A DNA stretch of 24,000 nt. Source: Leucobacter chromiireducens subsp. chromiireducens (GTDB lineage: Bacteria > Actinomycetota > Actinomycetes > Actinomycetales > Microbacteriaceae). Below are positions 21,737 to 24,000 of the stretch, piece after piece. Location of the stretch: the NCBI RefSeq assembly GCF_016758255.1, contig NZ_QYAD01000001.1, positions 1,127,171 through 1,151,170 on the forward strand. Direction: 5' to 3'. The notes beneath the pieces are model-generated. The model was not told the DNA's origin, did no database searches, and saw only the letters and a list, made by a program, of their open reading frames with translations. Within the stretch, counting starts at the first letter, position 1, and the number at the start of each line of letters is the position of its first letter. The position numbers were made by a program, and so were the translations under genes.

Positions 21737-24000
21737 ATGGTCTCCCTCGATCCTTCGCAGCGTCGAGTGCTCGCACTCGATCCCGCTCGGCATGCCCGTG
21801 TGCTGGGCGCGCCGGGGAGCGGGAAGACGCGCACTCTGGTCGCCGCATACGTTGAGTGCAGCGGTCGTGAGTCGTGGCGGGAGGGCGAGGTGCTGGTGCT
21901 CGCCGCAAATCGCCTGGTCGCCACCGCTCTGCGCGCGGCACTCGCTGAGCAACTGGGGCGCGCGTTTGGCGGAACCCCGGTACGCACGGCGGCGTCCCTC
22001 GCGTTCGCTGTGCTCGGGCGGAGCGCCGCGCTCCGCGGCGAAGACGCACCCCGGCTGCTCACTGGCACCGTGCAAGACGAGGCGATTGCGCGGAGCGTTA
22101 CCGAAGGCATCGAGCGACCAGGCGCCGGGGTCGCTGGCGTGCCCCCAGAGGTTTTGCACAGCGCAGCGTTCCGAGCAGAGCTGCGCGAACTCTGGCGGGT
22201 CGCCGACAACTTCGGCTGGGACCCCGACGCGCTCGCCGCAACACTGCGTGACACGGCGGCCGGGTGGGCGGGCGAAGCCGTAACCGAGCTTCCCGATCCC
22301 GAGCTCGCGGCGCGCTGGAGCGATGGCCTGCAGCTCATCTCCGCGGTTGCGGCCCGCGTGACGGCTGAGCGTCCGGGCGAACTCAGCTCAAGCGGCCTCC
22401 TGCGCGCCGCGGCTCAGGTGGTGCGCGCCGAGGGGCGGCTCCGCCAGCCCGGCGTTTTCGTGGGAGACGGACCGGCGGATCCGGGGGTGCCGATTCCACG
22501 CCTCATCCTGGTCGATGACGCGCAGGAGCTTGGCGAGGGTGAACTCGCGTTGCTTGCCGCGTGCGTGGACTCGGGAAGTCGCGTGTGGGTGTTTGGCGAT
22601 CCGGATACGGCGACCGGTGCGTTTCATGGTGAGCGTGCGCGTGTGCTGACACAGCTTGATGAGGAGCTTGCGCGGCGCTCCGAGACTCCCGTCGCTCTTC
22701 GCGCGGACGCACCGGCACAGCTGGTGGTTCTGGAATCTGTGCACCGGCACGGCCCCGAACTACGCTCGGCGGTTGTTGGGCTCACGGATCGCATCGGTGC
22801 GGCGGGCGCTGGTGAGCAACGGCGGGCGGTGCCGCTCCGTTCGGCAGCGACTGATGCCGGGCATTCGGCGGCGCAGCCGGTGCAGTTCGCTGCGCTCGGC
22901 TCGCCGGCAGAGCAGCTCGGCGCGATTGCACACCGCTTCCGTGCGCGGCGACTCGGCCTCGACGGGCGCAATGCGCTGCCGTGGGGCGAAATGGCGGTGC
23001 TGTGCCGAAGCCGCGGCGAGGCCACACGAGTCGCGCGGGCGCTCGCGTCCCATCAGGTGCCCACGGGGGTGGCCGCAGGCGGAATCGTGCTGCGTGAGCA
23101 CCAGATTGTGCGCGAGCTGATTCGGCTGCTGCAACACGCGCTTGGCCTGCACCCCCTCGCGCCCGCGGAAGTGCTGCCGCTCGTCGCGGGAACGATTGGT
23201 GGCCTCGATCCGGTTGCCCTGCGGCGGCTGCGCGGTGCGCTGCTCCTCCAGGAACGGCGAGATGCGCGGGCAGAAGAACGTGAACCGCGCGGTATCGACG
23301 AACTTGTCGCCGAGGCGTTTGCGTTCCCCGGCGCGGCGCCCGTGGTGGATTCCGCGGGCGGGCGGGCCCTGCGCCGGCTCGCTGTGCTCGCGGCCGCGGG
23401 AACCCGAGTGCGAGAGGCCGGGGGAACCGCGCGCGAGACCCTGTGGGCGCTGTGGGACGGTGCAAAGCTCGCGGCTGCCTGGCAGTCGGAGGCACTGGAA
23501 GGGCGGGGCGCGCGGGCAGACGAGGCGCACCGCTCGCTCGATGCGGTGCTCGGGTTGTTCTTCGCGCTGCAGCGGCATGAGGAGCAGGACAGCGAGCAGC
23601 CGATTGGTGAACTGCTCGAAGAGCTGCTGCTGAGCGCGGTGCCCGAAGATTCGCTCGCGCAGCGCAGCGAACGCGCCGCCGTGACGGTGACCACCCCGCA
23701 GGGGGCCATCGGCCGCGAGTTTGCACTTGTCGCGATTGTCGGTCTGCAAGACGGAGCCTGGCCGAATCTGCGCGCCCGCGGGTCCATCCTTGGCACCGCG
23801 GCACTTGAGCGTTGGCTGCGCGGGGGAGCGGCACAGCCCCCCTCACGCAAAGACACCATTCACGACGAGCTGCGATTGCTGGTGCATGCCTGCGCGCGTG
23901 CACGCGACGAGGTGCTCGTGGTGACCGTGGCAGACGAAGATCAGCACCCGAGCGCGTTCTTTGGGCTGGGGCGCGAGTACCGTGATGACGCGCTGCCGAC
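21737..24000 (+). CDS. UvrD/Rep-family SF1 DNA helicase, AdnA-like (3' end outside the window); not present in the supplied ORF track
   Basis: My manual translation from ATG 21737 (in-frame TAG at 21725 upstream) finds no stop through base 23998 (754 codons). Motifs: LDPSQRRVLAL, Walker A GAPGSGKT (21806-21829), LILVDDAQEL, VFGDPDTATGAFHG, MAVLCRSRGEA, VTVTTPQGAIGREFALVAIVGLQDGAWPN. The AdnA assignment is inferred from family and synteny. Confidence 0.8.
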   Translation, partial: MVSLDPSQRRVLALDPARHARVLGAPGSGKTRTLVAAYVECSGRESWREGEVLVLAANRLVATALRAALAEQLGRAFGGTPVRTAASLAFAVLGRSAALRGEDAPRLLTGTVQDEAIARSVTEGIERPGAGVAGVPPEVLHSAAFRAELRELWRVADNFGWDPDALAATLRDTAAGWAGEAVTELPDPELAARWSDGLQLISAVAARVTAERPGELSSSGLLRAAAQVVRAEGRLRQPGVFVGDGPADPGVPIPRLILVDDAQELGEGELALLAACVDSGSRVWVFGDPDTATGAFHGERARVLTQLDEELARRSETPVALRADAPAQLVVLESVHRHGPELRSAVVGLTDRIGAAGAGEQRRAVPLRSAATDAGHSAAQPVQFAALGSPAEQLGAIAHRFRARRLGLDGRNALPWGEMAVLCRSRGEATRVARALASHQVPTGVAAGGIVLREHQIVRELIRLLQHALGLHPLAPAEVLPLVAGTIGGLDPVALRRLRGALLLQERRDARAEEREPRGIDELVAEAFAFPGAAPVVDSAGGRALRRLAVLAAAGTRVREAGGTARETLWALWDGAKLAAAWQSEALEGRGARADEAHRSLDAVLGLFFALQRHEEQDSEQPIGELLEELLLSAVPEDSLAQRSERAAVTVTTPQGAIGREFALVAIVGLQDGAWPNLRARGSILGTAALERWLRGGAAQPPSRKDTIHDELRLLVHACARARDEVLVVTVADEDQHPSAFFGLGREYRDDALP

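Noticed and set aside
21554-22159. N-terminal 202-codon extension of the acylase ORF (track start 22159)
   Set aside because: The extension crosses the divergent intergenic region and overlaps the helicase gene antisense. ATG 21553 has a GGAGGA SD and is followed by the RRRR-plus-TM anchor expected at a true N-terminus.
22760-23903. Three overlapping minus-strand ORFs (329, 373, 268 aa) at the right end
   Set aside because: They are mutually overlapping Arg/Pro/Ala-rich frames. The + strand frame from 21737 is open through the whole region and carries ordered SF1 helicase motifs, so these are shadows.

Overview
The window is a visibly GC-rich (roughly 70% by eye) chromosomal segment with the codon bias and gene content of a high-GC Gram-positive bacterium (Actinomycetota, Micrococcales/Microbacteriaceae-like). 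This assignment is inferred from protein families and synteny, not from a search. I can support about 22 protein-coding genes. They are: a polar amino-acid ABC transporter (binding protein, permease, ATPase); a 14-TMS-type MFS efflux pump; a LysR regulator divergent from an Orn/Lys/Arg-decarboxylase-fold PLP enzyme; a tiny signal-peptide plus TM protein; a DUF885-YchJ pair; aminopeptidase P; an SDR oxidoreductase; a PHP phosphoesterase; a DEAD-box RNA helicase (RhlE-like); a ferritin-like protein; RlmC-like 23S rRNA m5U methyltransferase; an NRDE/TANGO2-like protein; CoaBC; a DUF3107 protein; and a long membrane-anchored penicillin-acylase-family (S45) protein. At the right edge there is also a large UvrD/AdnA-like helicase ORF that is missing from the supplied ORF track because it has no stop codon inside the window. 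Four convergent gene junctions carry perfect inverted-repeat hairpins that look like bidirectional terminators. I saw no rRNA, tRNA, CRISPR array, transposase, integrase or phage genes. Most long antisense ORFs in the track are GC-rich shadow frames. I do not see a convincing novel multi-gene system; this reads as a mostly housekeeping region. The best leads are: (1) the unlisted helicase ORF and its apparently leaderless start; (2) the oversized, TM-anchored S45 acylase with an in-frame 18-bp tandem repeat in its presumed spacer; (3) a coding-like small membrane ORF at 3727 that lacks a stop and may be frameshifted at a C6 run; (4) a well-signalled 74-aa secreted/tail-anchored microprotein.
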